Source of the DNA: a virus
Taxonomy: Duplodnaviria > Caudoviricetes
Direction: 5' to 3' (one strand)
IMG/VR virus record: IMGVR_UViG_2690315628_000002
Span: 1 to 64,000 of that record
DNA length: 64,000 nt
Below, one piece after another: positions 18,562-28,425 of the stretch (its first letter is position 1; every line of letters starts with the position of its first letter). Position numbers and translations under genes: made by a program. The notes beneath the pieces are model-generated. The model was not told the DNA's origin. It saw nothing but the letters and a program-made list of their open reading frames with translations, and ran no database searches.

Positions 18562-18993
18562 ATGGCAAACATTACGCCTCCCTATGCAGATCCCGGCCGC
18601 GCAGCGTTCGAGGAACTCGACACCTACCTGCAGAACCATCTGCTGGCAGGTTCCCACCCGGAACTGGCACCCGCCTATTCGTTCCCGATTCCGCTGAACG
18701 CGAACTACGCGCAGTTCACCGTTCTCGGCTTGAACGCAACCGGTGAACTGGTGCCGGCCGTTACCGGAAGCGCCAGCCCTGACGATGACGTGCAGGCCAT
18801 CGGCGTACTCGCCCACGCCGTCTCGCGCGGCGGTGCTGGTTCGCCTGCCGTCAACGGTCAGGTGTTCTACTCCGGGTGCTTTAACCAGGACGCGCTCGTA
18901 TGGGACGACTCTTTCAGCACAGACGCGCTGAAGCAGGCGGCATTCCGTGGCGCGCCCACTCCCACCACCATCATCGTCGCGAAGCGCGCGTAA
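18562..18993 (+). CDS. Head decoration protein (gpD-like)
   Basis: Position between protease and capsid; AIGVL...YSGCFNQDALVW. Confidence 0.8.
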   Translation: MANITPPYADPGRAAFEELDTYLQNHLLAGSHPELAPAYSFPIPLNANYAQFTVLGLNATGELVPAVTGSASPDDDVQAIGVLAHAVSRGGAGSPAVNGQVFYSGCFNQDALVWDDSFSTDALKQAAFRGAPTPTTIIVAKRA

Positions 18994-19005
18994 CAGGAGG
19001 CTTCA

Positions 19006-20103
19006 ATGGGCACTCAGACCCAACATCTCGAACTCTGGGACACCAGCCGCTTCCTCGGCGTGTTCCGTGACATCAAGCCCGATCCGCTCTACTGGACTCA
19101 GTGGTTCCCTTACGAACTGCGCTCCAACGACGAATGGATCGACTTCGAAAAGATGCCGGTGCAGGGCCGCAAGCTCGCCCCGTTTGTCATGCCGCTCGCT
19201 CGCGGCGAGTCGGTCTACGAAGACACCGGAACTGGTTTCCGCTTCAAGCCGGCCTACATCAAACTGGAAGACCAGATCGACCCGCTCATGCCGCTTCGTC
19301 GTCGTGTCGGTATCGATGCAAACATGTCTCAGATGCCCGTTCAGCTTACGCCGATGCAGCGCCTCACACTGATCCGCGCTGCGATCGCCGAGAGCCATGT
19401 TCGTGCCATCAATCGCCGCTGGAACTGGATGGCGGCAACCGCGCTGCGTGACGGCAAAGTCACCATCTCCGGTGAAAATTACCCCACCACGCTCGTCGAC
19501 TTCAAGCGTGCAGCGAACCACACGATCACGCTTGGCGCCGGCAGCCGCTTCGGTGAGAGTGGTGTTTCCATCGTCGATTTTATCCAGTTGGTGATCGACC
19601 GCATGGCCAACGCAGACTTCGGCGGCGTTCCCGTTCGTGTGACGATGGGCGGCGGCGTTTGGGCCATCATGCGCAAGGACGAAGAGTTCAAAACGCATAT
19701 GGATATCAACATCAAGGGCGGGAACATCGTCTACGAACGCGGCTTGGTCACTGGTGATCCAGTCTTCAAAGTGGGCGAAATGACCATCGGCGGCGGTTCC
19801 GGCCAGTCAATTGAACTGTGGGTCGACAACTCCACCTTCATTGACCCCTCCACTGGCGCCTCTGCACGTTACATCGGCAACCACCAGATGCTGTTCACGA
19901 GCACGGCCGAAGCCGTCAGCGGAACTCGTGCATTTGGCCGGATCATCGACAAGAAGGCCGGCTACGAAGCCCTTCCGATCTTCCCGAAGAACTGGGAAAC
20001 TACGGGTGATGTCGAAGTCGAATACATCACCCACAAGTCGGCTCCGCTGTTCGTTCCGATCAACCCGAACGCCACGCTGCTGGCCAACGTCATCGCGCCG
20101 TAA
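19006..20103 (+). CDS. Major capsid protein (lambda gpE family)
   Basis: KLAPFVMP, FKPAYIK, HKSAPLFVP motifs; size and synteny. Confidence 0.92.
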   Translation: MGTQTQHLELWDTSRFLGVFRDIKPDPLYWTQWFPYELRSNDEWIDFEKMPVQGRKLAPFVMPLARGESVYEDTGTGFRFKPAYIKLEDQIDPLMPLRRRVGIDANMSQMPVQLTPMQRLTLIRAAIAESHVRAINRRWNWMAATALRDGKVTISGENYPTTLVDFKRAANHTITLGAGSRFGESGVSIVDFIQLVIDRMANADFGGVPVRVTMGGGVWAIMRKDEEFKTHMDINIKGGNIVYERGLVTGDPVFKVGEMTIGGGSGQSIELWVDNSTFIDPSTGASARYIGNHQMLFTSTAEAVSGTRAFGRIIDKKAGYEALPIFPKNWETTGDVEVEYITHKSAPLFVPINPNATLLANVIAP

Positions 20104-20135
20104 CCAGCGGGCGGCGTCTATTCTTTAGAGCATTC

Positions 20136-20162
20136 AGCATCCCCTGCATGGGGATGCTTTTT
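20136..20162 (+). terminator. Intrinsic terminator after the capsid gene
   Basis: AGCATCCCC-TGCAT-GGGGATGCT hairpin followed by a T run. Confidence 0.8.
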
Positions 20163-20185
20163 CCCATCAACAGGAGACTGAGAAA

Positions 20186-20497
20186 ATGGAATACGGTTTT
20201 ACGCTTCACAGCATCCGTCGCAAGGGCGAAGAGCTTGCCGTCGGCAAAGTCGAGGAATTCACCAATGCCGATTTCAAAGACATGGTTCGTCTCGGCGCCG
20301 TCCGCGAACCGACTGCAGACGAAATGAAGCTTTACAAGCTTGCTAACCCTGACCAGGCCGTCGATCTCGACAATGATGAGACCGGCGTCGACGAACCGAA
20401 GTCAGGTAAAAGCAAGGGTAAGGCTCCTGCGAAACCCAAAGCTGATGCCGCTACCGGTGAAGGTGCCGGCGAAGGTGAAGGCGGAGCACTCGTCTGA
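20186..20497 (+). CDS. Hypothetical head-region protein (gpFI position)
   Basis: AGGAG RBS; synteny. Confidence 0.6.
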   Translation: MEYGFTLHSIRRKGEELAVGKVEEFTNADFKDMVRLGAVREPTADEMKLYKLANPDQAVDLDNDETGVDEPKSGKSKGKAPAKPKADAATGEGAGEGEGGALV

Positions 20498-20907
20498 TGA
20501 ACTGGCGGGAAAGGAAGCGCGAGCATCTGCTTCCAGTCCATGAAACCTTCTCGATTCCCGCGGTGTATCTCACCCACGCCGCGGGAATTCCCGTGCCCGT
20601 CAATATTCGGCTCCATCAGCGTCCCGCGGTTATTGAAGCGCAGGGAGAGGACGGAACCGGACAGATCATCGACATCGTCGATCGCGTTATCTTTAAAGTC
20701 GCGGAAGTGGCTAACGTGGTTACGAGCGCCTTCGTCATTCTCAGTGATTCCGAGGCATATGTGACCGGCCCAAGCCGCCCGGAACGTGAGGGTTTCGTCT
20801 GGGTCGAGGTTCGGACTGCCACCAAAGCAGAGTTGGTAAGCTTGCTGTCCCAGGTCGATACCGCGGGCGACGAGTGGAGGGGCATCCCGCCATGGTCGCA
20901 GCAGTAA
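20497..20907 (+). CDS. Head-tail joining protein
   Basis: Synteny; coupled start (TGATG). Confidence 0.6.
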   Translation: MNWRERKREHLLPVHETFSIPAVYLTHAAGIPVPVNIRLHQRPAVIEAQGEDGTGQIIDIVDRVIFKVAEVANVVTSAFVILSDSEAYVTGPSRPEREGFVWVEVRTATKAELVSLLSQVDTAGDEWRGIPPWSQQ

Positions 20908-21503
20908 TTGCCATTGAATTCGATCAGCTTTCGTTCGTGGATGAAATGACGAACTCGACCGAACTGGCACTGGTCCGTGCTCTTAACACGACAGCGACGC
21001 GTGATCGTACCAAGTTTGCTCGTGCGGCCCGAGACCAAGTGGCGTTCCCGGCGTCTTACGTTTCTCCTTCCAGCAAGCGCCTTTGGGTGAAGACGAAGGC
21101 GAAACGTAACGCGCTTGAAACCGTGATCGAGGGCAGGGGGGCTGCAACGTCGCTGGCCCGTTTTACCAAGCAGAAGCCACTCGCGGGCGGTCAACGCCAC
21201 AAGGGCGGAAAGATCAATGTGACGGTGAAGCCGGGGCAAACCCGTTCCATTCGCCGGGCATTTCTCATGCGCCTGAAGAACAATAACGTCGGACTTGCTG
21301 TGAGGACAGACGGCTCGTTGCCGCAGGGTGCTTACAAACCACGATCATTGGGAAAGAACCTCTGGCTTCTTTACGGTCCGTCTGTCGACCAGGCTCTCCG
21401 CGCTGCATCAGATGGCGGCGGTATCTATGAGGAGATGACGCCTGAGTCGTTGGACTTCCTCGAGAATGAATTTTTCAGACAGTTGGAGTTGTTGAATGGG
21501 TGA
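20892..21503 (+). CDS. Tail completion protein (gpZ-like)
   Basis: RALN...LYGPSVDQ pattern; basic; synteny. Confidence 0.65.
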   Translation: MVAAVIAIEFDQLSFVDEMTNSTELALVRALNTTATRDRTKFARAARDQVAFPASYVSPSSKRLWVKTKAKRNALETVIEGRGAATSLARFTKQKPLAGGQRHKGGKINVTVKPGQTRSIRRAFLMRLKNNNVGLAVRTDGSLPQGAYKPRSLGKNLWLLYGPSVDQALRAASDGGGIYEEMTPESLDFLENEFFRQLELLNG

Positions 21504-22023
21504 TCCTTTCCGCCTGCGGGTCATGAAGCAGTTGAGCCTCCAGGTGAAGGAGGTGAATCCAGCGAACGGTTGCGAGTTTGATCTGTCGGATTTCGTTGAC
21601 AGCGCCGGCCGAGCCGCAGAGCGTGTATTCCGTGGTCGAACGGTGTTCGGTGACAACGATCCCCGACCGATGGTCGTGCTGCTCGAGGACCCACGTCCTG
21701 CCGAGGCCGTCAACGGCACGTCCACGTCCCCTGCCGCCATCAATCAGTTTCGCGTGTTGCTTCAGGGCTTCGTCGAAGATGATCGAGAGCATCCGCTCGA
21801 TCCGGCGTACAAGCTGTCGGCCGAAATTATCAGAGCACTGGTGCGCGCCAAGGCTAATCGCTTCGACATTCTCGGTCTCGGAAACAAGGCACCTTGCGTG
21901 ATGTCGTTATCGATAGGCCAGCCCGTGCATCGTCCACCGGATGACGAAGTTTCAAGCGTCGCGTATTTCCTCATACCCGTCACCCTCGGCCTTGCCGAAA
22001 ACCTTGAGACGCCTTTCGCGTAG
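21496..22023 (+). CDS. Tail terminator-like protein
   Basis: VFRGR..FG...P motif; directly before the major tail gene. Confidence 0.6.
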   Translation: MGDPFRLRVMKQLSLQVKEVNPANGCEFDLSDFVDSAGRAAERVFRGRTVFGDNDPRPMVVLLEDPRPAEAVNGTSTSPAAINQFRVLLQGFVEDDREHPLDPAYKLSAEIIRALVRAKANRFDILGLGNKAPCVMSLSIGQPVHRPPDDEVSSVAYFLIPVTLGLAENLETPFA

Positions 22024-22069
22024 CATAAAATCACGTTATAGTCGCAATACTCACAAGGAGAGAAATTCT

Positions 22070-22864
22070 ATGGATCTGCAATCCCGCAATCTTACTGTAC
22101 CGCGCGGAACCGCTCTTTTCGCAAAATACAAGCCCGGAACGCAGGTTCCTGGACCTTTTCGCGAACTCGGTAACACGCCTGAATTCACGCTGGCTCGCGA
22201 AGCTGAAACGCTGCCTCACTATTCGTCGCGGGTCGGCTTCCGTACACTGGATGAAGAAGTCGCGATTGAAGCGACTCTGACCGGTTCCGTCACGACGGAC
22301 GATATGAAGGCCGAGAACGCGGCGTACTTCTTTATGAGCGAGGTGAAGACGATCACCGTTACCGCCAGCTCGAACGTTGAAGAAACTTTCGAAGAAGTCA
22401 ATGCAGGTGACCTTTATCAGCTCGGCTTCAACGACACCAACCCGTCCGGTGCCCGAAAAGTCACCACCGTCGTTATTACCGACGGCGCCGCGACGACTCC
22501 GGCCACATTCGTTCTCGACGAGGATTACCTCCTCGATGCCGATCTGGGCACGGTCTACATCCCTGCCGGCAGCGCAGCGATCGGTGGTTCGATTGCAGTC
22601 AGTTATTCAGTGGCTGCCTCCACGCGCGACCAGATCGTTGCCGGGGAAACGCAGGTAGAAGGCGCGCTCAAATTCATCTCGAACAATCCGATCGGTCCAC
22701 AGTTCGACATCACGTTCCCGCGCGTTCGCCTGTCTCCCAATGGTGACCTCGCCCTGATCATGGACCCTGAGTCCAGCGAGTGGCAGCAGTTGCCGCTTTC
22801 GATCAGCGTCATGAAGAAGGGTAACCTCGCGCTCGCGTATCGCGACGGGCGTCCGGTAGCGTAA
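22070..22864 (+). CDS. Major tail tube protein
   Basis: AAGGAG RBS; RELGNTPEF, GALKFISNNPIG, LSPNGD..LI...EWQQL motifs as in Chi-like tail tubes. Confidence 0.8.
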   Translation: MDLQSRNLTVPRGTALFAKYKPGTQVPGPFRELGNTPEFTLAREAETLPHYSSRVGFRTLDEEVAIEATLTGSVTTDDMKAENAAYFFMSEVKTITVTASSNVEETFEEVNAGDLYQLGFNDTNPSGARKVTTVVITDGAATTPATFVLDEDYLLDADLGTVYIPAGSAAIGGSIAVSYSVAASTRDQIVAGETQVEGALKFISNNPIGPQFDITFPRVRLSPNGDLALIMDPESSEWQQLPLSISVMKKGNLALAYRDGRPVA

Positions 22865-22873
22865 GGGATCGAC

Positions 22874-23290
22874 ATGGGTCAGTTGGAGACACTGATACTG
22901 CCGAGCGAGACCGTTAAGGTTGGAGAGCAATCTTTCGAGGTTTACGGTCTCGCCCTTGCGCATATCACCCGCATCATTCGTGAACATCGCAGCGTGTGTG
23001 CGGATCTTTATACCAAAGCCATTGCCGGTGAGATGAGCGGAAGCGTCGAGGAAATTGCCTTGAGCATGACCGATGATTTTGCGCCGCTTGCGGCAATGGT
23101 CATCGCTTACGGCTCTGGAAATCCAACCGCAGTCGATATGGCCGCGCGACTACCGCTCAGTATCCAGGCCGACGCGTTGGAGAAGATCGTCAATCTCACG
23201 ATCATTGCGGAGGGCGGCTTGGAAAAACTCATGGAGATCGTCGTTCGGGCGATGGCGGGCGCGGCAAGCCTGACATCCCTGAAACCCTGA
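22874..23290 (+). CDS. Tail assembly chaperone (G-like)
   Basis: Between tail tube and tape measure; slippery GGAAAAA at 23221-23227. Confidence 0.75.
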   Translation: MGQLETLILPSETVKVGEQSFEVYGLALAHITRIIREHRSVCADLYTKAIAGEMSGSVEEIALSMTDDFAPLAAMVIAYGSGNPTAVDMAARLPLSIQADALEKIVNLTIIAEGGLEKLMEIVVRAMAGAASLTSLKP

Positions 23291-23556
23291 CAGAGTGGGT
23301 AGAGGGTGTCCATCGCCAGGTGAGCTTGTTGCTCGACCACGGACACCCATCCGCCTGGTTCTACCCAGTCTGTAAGGTTTTTGTAGAGGCTCGCTTCGTG
23401 GTCGACAGGATCAACGCTCAGATGGCAAGCGAAGCGGCTCTTCTGCAAATGGCGATCTCCACAGTTCCAAATCAGAGCGTGAAGCCCGCCTCCACCAAGA
23501 AAGCTCAAAAAGCTTTCGAGTCGCAATTGAAGGTGCTGAACAATGGCGAGCCGTGA
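23221..23556 (+). CDS. Tail assembly chaperone extension (T-like), probably made by -1 frameshift
   Basis: The -1 frame is open from the slippery site to the stop at 23556. Confidence 0.6.
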   Translation, partial: GKTHGDRRSGDGGRGKPDIPETLTEWVEGVHRQVSLLLDHGHPSAWFYPVCKVFVEARFVVDRINAQMASEAALLQMAISTVPNQSVKPASTKKAQKAFESQLKVLNNGEP

Positions 23557-26500
23557 AAGAGTCGTCGAATTTGCCGTCAAGGCTCGCGATGAATATTCGA
23601 AAGTCCTCCGCAATCTCGAGCAGCAGCAAAAGCGCCTCTCAGCGTCGGCTGCTGCTCAGAGCCGTCGTGCGGTTGTCGGCGTCGCAAAAGGTGAGATTGA
23701 AGCCGCCGTTGCAAATTACAAGCGGCTGAGCACCGAAGTTGATCGTTATCGGGCCGTGCAGGCTAACGCTGCTCGGACTGGAGCACTTTCCGCGTCGGAA
23801 ATGCGCGAACTGGGCGACACCATCAAGCTGGTGCGCGACAGGTCGCGGGAGGCCATGGGAGCGTTGCAGCAGAAGCGTGCGGCCCTTCAGCAGATCAACG
23901 GTGAGGCCCGTGTTGGGTTCGCAAGCTTTAGCCGGCTTGCAAGTGAGATGCAGCGCGGCGCTGTTGCGTCGACGAATGAGAGTGTTGCACTAGTCAACAC
24001 CACGGCGGAACTCAACAAACTCACCACGGCGTCGAAAAAGGCTACGACTGCGCAGGGTGCGCTCGGCGATCGCATGGATTCCGTCGGCGGTTCGGGCGGC
24101 GGAAAAAAGAAGGGGTCTTCGGCAGGCGGTGATCCTGAAGATATGCTGGTGTACGGTCTGCGACCGTGGCAGTTGACGAACCTTGGCTACCAGGTCAATG
24201 ACGTTGTCTCTGGCCTTGCCATGGGTCAGGCGCCGTTGCAGGTTCTCGCACAGCAAGCTGGTCAGTTCGCGCAGATTTGGCCGAACGTGATGGTGAGCGT
24301 TGCACGGTCGATTCCGCAGCTTGTTCTGTTGGGAGGCGTGCTGGCACCGTTCATAGCGGTCGCTATGCGGCTGAAAGAGGCTGGCGACTCTGTAGAGTAT
24401 TTCCAGAGAAAGCTTGCCCTATCCGCTGACGGCTACCGCAATACCGCGCAGGGGCTTGCTGGCGTCAGCGATGAAATCAAGAAACTCGGTATTTCCATTG
24501 ATGACGCACGGTCGTTGGCCGCTGGATTTGCGGCCGACGGATTGCCAACAGGCCAGTTCGCCCAGTTCGCGAAAATTGCGAAAAGTATCAGCGACGCTAC
24601 CGGTGAAGGGGTGGTCGACGCCGGTCAGAGGCTCTCGCAGGCTTTCGGTGGCAACGTCGAGTCGGTTCTCGAATTGAACAAAGAACTGAATTTCCTGACT
24701 CTCGCACAATACGATCAGGTGCGGGCGATGAAAGCTTCCGGTGACGAAGCCGGCGCCATGGCCTTTGCACTGGATGCTCTTAAGGCGCGCGCTGCTGCGA
24801 GCAAAGTGGAAACGAGCGAGTGGGGAAAAACACTCGTCGAAGCGAAGGGTGCGTGGAACGACTTCGTTCAGGCGCTTCAAGACACAGGTGTGATCCAGTT
24901 CGTTTCGCGGGAGGTCCAGTACTTCGGGCGCGATATTCGCAATATGACTCGAGATGCTCGAGCAGGCGCAAAAGCGCTCAAGGATGTTTTTACCACCGAT
25001 CTAGAGGACCGCATCCGCGATCTTCGCACCAGCATCCAAACCGAGGAATCTCTCCGGTCGACAGGCTTCACCTCTGGTGCCGCTGGTATGCTTGGTGAGG
25101 ACAATCTTTCAAAGATGAAGTCTGAACTGGCGACTTTGGTAAGCCAGCGTCGAGAACTCGTCGAACATGTAAAAGACGAGTCGTTGTATTCGGAGAAGGC
25201 CTATGAGGCCACGAAGAAGACGGTCGCCGCAACGGAGCAAAAGAAGGTGGCGGCGAGGGATGCCGTGTATCAATTGCAGGAGCAGATGAGCCAGGAAACC
25301 CGCTTGGCACAATTGAACGAGCGGCAGCAATACATCGAACAGAAAGCACTGGAAGCGAAGAACAGGTTGCTCGCCGAAGGTGTTCGGTTACGTCAGGAAG
25401 AGATTGACGCCGAACTTAAGAAGGTCCGTGCGTCTGCCGGTTCTGCCTATGACGCTCAGCGCTTTGGATCCAACGGCGGTGGTTACAATTCCGTGGCCGA
25501 CCGGATCGCCGGAATCGAAAGCGGTGGCAATCCACTGGCGAAGAACCCCAATTCCTCGGCAACCGGCCTCGGACAATTCATTGAGTCGACGTGGCTCCGG
25601 ATGTTCAAACAATATTTTCCCGATCGTGCCAAGAACATGACCGACAGCACGATCCTTGCTTTGCGTGAGAACGCCGATGTTTCACGGAGCATGATCGAGC
25701 TTTACGCACGGGAGAATGCAGCCATCCTCCAGAAGGCAGGTGTGGCGGTCAACGAGGCCTCCGTCTATCTCGCGCACTTCCTTGGCCCGAACGGCGCAGT
25801 GGCTGTTCTTACGGCGCAGGCGGATACACCCGTCAGCAAGTTGCTTTCGAGTGACGCGATCAAGTCCAATCGCAATATTCTCGACGGGAAAACGGCTGGC
25901 GATGTCGTCACCTGGGCCAACCAAAAGGCAGGGGCTTCCCCGGTGGAAGTTGAAACGCAGGCCCGCCTGACTGAGATGGGGCGCGAATATCTCACGGATT
26001 ACAGAAAGCGGGTCGAGCAGCAACAGTTCGAACTTGACCTGTTGTCCAAGTCCGCCAAAGAAGCGGCCGTCGCAAAGGCGCTTCGCGACGAGGAACTGAA
26101 GGCCCGAGAAGCCGGCAACGACCTCACAAAGGAGCAGCGGGCTGAAACTGAAAGGCTTGCTGCACTTGAGTTCGATCGCAACAACGTCAATCAGAAGGTG
26201 AACGAGCTTCTTGAAAAACGCTCGGTATTGATGGAGCGGATGGATTTGGCGCAGCAGAGCGGCGACCACTCCCTCTACGCGACAACTTTCACCGAACTGG
26301 ATGCTGTGAACAGCAAGCTGAACGAGGCGATTGCTTCCGCCATAGCATTTTGGCAGGCGATGGGCGGCGAAGGGTCCGTCAACGCTATCGCGAACCTCCA
26401 GAACATCGAGATAGCCATCGCGCAGACGACGCAGCGGATGAGATCGCAGTTTCTTCCGACGGCCGAGGATCTTAACAAGGAACTTGCCGACATCGGCGCT

Positions 26501-27061
26501 TCCGCATTCGATTCCATGGCAGAAGCGCTGGCGAAGGGTGAGAATGCCGCCGACGCCTTCTTTAATGCGTTACAGCAAGGTATTGCACAGTTTCTGATCG
26601 ACATCGGCAAGGCAATTGTGAAGCAGGCCTTGTTCAATCTGCTCACTGGCGGTGCAGACGCAAGCGGCGGTGCCGGGGGAGGTATTGCCAGTGCGATCAC
26701 CAAGCTTTTCAGTGCCAAACACAGTGGTGGTATCGTCGGCAACACAACGCAGTCTCGTCGCGTAAACCCCGCAGTATTTGCTGGTGCACAGCGCTACCAC
26801 AGCGGCGGTATCGTAACAGATGGTCTGCGTCAGGGTGAGGTTCCGATCGTCGCTCTCGAGGGCGAAGAAGTGTTGACCGAGAACGATCCTCGTCACTCCG
26901 CCAACGGCGGTGGCGGGAAAGCCGTCAACCTGAAGGTCGTCAACGCCTTCAGCCCCGAGGACGTGCTGGAAGCCGCCTTGTCCAGCGTCGCTGGCGAACG
27001 GGTTATCACCAATTGGATGACCCGGAACCAGAACAAGGTGAACGGTGCACTGGGTCGTTAG
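23543..27061 (+). CDS. Tape measure protein with lytic-transglycosylase-like domain
   Basis: NLGYQVNDV...QQAGQF N-terminal motif; helical and Ala-rich; internal IESGGNP...SSATGLGQF; C-terminal HSGGIV/GEVP. Confidence 0.92.
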   Translation: MASRERVVEFAVKARDEYSKVLRNLEQQQKRLSASAAAQSRRAVVGVAKGEIEAAVANYKRLSTEVDRYRAVQANAARTGALSASEMRELGDTIKLVRDRSREAMGALQQKRAALQQINGEARVGFASFSRLASEMQRGAVASTNESVALVNTTAELNKLTTASKKATTAQGALGDRMDSVGGSGGGKKKGSSAGGDPEDMLVYGLRPWQLTNLGYQVNDVVSGLAMGQAPLQVLAQQAGQFAQIWPNVMVSVARSIPQLVLLGGVLAPFIAVAMRLKEAGDSVEYFQRKLALSADGYRNTAQGLAGVSDEIKKLGISIDDARSLAAGFAADGLPTGQFAQFAKIAKSISDATGEGVVDAGQRLSQAFGGNVESVLELNKELNFLTLAQYDQVRAMKASGDEAGAMAFALDALKARAAASKVETSEWGKTLVEAKGAWNDFVQALQDTGVIQFVSREVQYFGRDIRNMTRDARAGAKALKDVFTTDLEDRIRDLRTSIQTEESLRSTGFTSGAAGMLGEDNLSKMKSELATLVSQRRELVEHVKDESLYSEKAYEATKKTVAATEQKKVAARDAVYQLQEQMSQETRLAQLNERQQYIEQKALEAKNRLLAEGVRLRQEEIDAELKKVRASAGSAYDAQRFGSNGGGYNSVADRIAGIESGGNPLAKNPNSSATGLGQFIESTWLRMFKQYFPDRAKNMTDSTILALRENADVSRSMIELYARENAAILQKAGVAVNEASVYLAHFLGPNGAVAVLTAQADTPVSKLLSSDAIKSNRNILDGKTAGDVVTWANQKAGASPVEVETQARLTEMGREYLTDYRKRVEQQQFELDLLSKSAKEAAVAKALRDEELKAREAGNDLTKEQRAETERLAALEFDRNNVNQKVNELLEKRSVLMERMDLAQQSGDHSLYATTFTELDAVNSKLNEAIASAIAFWQAMGGEGSVNAIANLQNIEIAIAQTTQRMRSQFLPTAEDLNKELADIGASAFDSMAEALAKGENAADAFFNALQQGIAQFLIDIGKAIVKQALFNLLTGGADASGGAGGGIASAITKLFSAKHSGGIVGNTTQSRRVNPAVFAGAQRYHSGGIVTDGLRQGEVPIVALEGEEVLTENDPRHSANGGGGKAVNLKVVNAFSPEDVLEAALSSVAGERVITNWMTRNQNKVNGALGR

Positions 27062-27122
27062 TTTGGTTGCGCAATTGCACCTTTTGTGAGAAATTCTCGC
27101 CAAACGAGGATCGGTTTAACAC

Positions 27123-28424
27123 ATGGTAGTCTTCCTCCCTTTCGTGCCGAACTGGCGTAACGGAATCCGGGATACCTACGAATTCAAAACGGATGTGTTC
27201 ACAGCCCGCGACGGCAGCGAACAACGACGCGCGCTTCGCATCCAACCACGGCGAGCGATTGAAGCAACAATCCTTCTCGATGGCGAAAGAATGCGAAACT
27301 TCGCGGACGCTGTTAATCGTGCGCGGGACGGTAAAATACAGATCGCCGATTTTTCCGCCGAGCCGGCGCTTGTGACAGCAACGACGGGAGCTGGCGCCAA
27401 TGTCCTGTCGATCGAGTCTACGCCGCCGTGGCTGGTTAACAGCGGGACTTACGTTCTGATGACGGGACGGACCGCAAGTAAGCTTGCGATCGATTTCGTC
27501 GACAACAATACGGTCATTCTAGTCAACCCTCTGACTAAGGCAGTGGGTGCCGGCGCGTATCTGCTTCCATACTTGCCTGCACAGCTTGCAAACTCGAACA
27601 CCCTGTCACTCTACACCAACCAGGTTGCGACTGCTCCTGTGAAGTTCGATGTTGAGCCCGGCTCGATTGTCCGTATCGCTGACCAGTTGCCTTTCGACGA
27701 AAGTGCGGAAGGGGACAGTGTTCAGTCTTTCGGACCTGCTGCAATTCTGTTCGGGCGCTATGTGCTTCTGCGCAAGCCGAACTTCTTGAACAGACCCCAG
27801 GTACAGTTCAACCTCAAATTTGAAACCGTCGACTATGATCGAGGCGTGGTCAAAACCTTCACGCCGGTTCCACTCGTGTCCAGGACGCTGACGGCAACAT
27901 ATCTGGCAATGAGCCGTCCAGAAGCAATGGCGATCCTCGATATCTTCGTGCGTTGCAAGGGCAGGGCGGGCGAGATTTATGTGCCGACGTGGGGAAGCGA
28001 TCTCCCGCAGGCACTCAATGTTGCCGACAGGGTGATCCAGTTCGCCGGTACTGATTTCTACGAAACGTATAACGAAGATCGCGCACACGCTGCGGTGTTG
28101 ATACGAACTCGCACTGGCCAACTGTTGCCCCGTGAAATCACGTTGATGGCGACGAGCGGCGGCAACACCTTCGTCGAGTTCCATGAGGATGTCGGTGTTG
28201 CTGCTTCGGAGATCGAGCAGATTTCGTGGATGTTTGTTTCTCGCTTCGCCCAAGACAGCCTCACGATAGAATGGGTGACGAATACCGTCGCCAACGTCAG
28301 CCTCTCTTTCGTGACTCTGGAGAACCTGGCCGCTGAAAGCTCGTATGGTAGCAACTGGGTGCTTGCCACCGGCTACTGGCGCGATCGCGGCCAATGGGTA
28401 GACACCGCCGTGTGGGAGGACTGA
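27123..28424 (+). CDS. Distal tail/baseplate structural protein
   Basis: PNW...YEFKTDV...GSEQRRALR..PRR pattern; follows tape measure. Confidence 0.7.
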   Translation: MVVFLPFVPNWRNGIRDTYEFKTDVFTARDGSEQRRALRIQPRRAIEATILLDGERMRNFADAVNRARDGKIQIADFSAEPALVTATTGAGANVLSIESTPPWLVNSGTYVLMTGRTASKLAIDFVDNNTVILVNPLTKAVGAGAYLLPYLPAQLANSNTLSLYTNQVATAPVKFDVEPGSIVRIADQLPFDESAEGDSVQSFGPAAILFGRYVLLRKPNFLNRPQVQFNLKFETVDYDRGVVKTFTPVPLVSRTLTATYLAMSRPEAMAILDIFVRCKGRAGEIYVPTWGSDLPQALNVADRVIQFAGTDFYETYNEDRAHAAVLIRTRTGQLLPREITLMATSGGNTFVEFHEDVGVAASEIEQISWMFVSRFAQDSLTIEWVTNTVANVSLSFVTLENLAAESSYGSNWVLATGYWRDRGQWVDTAVWED

Positions 28425-28425
28425 G

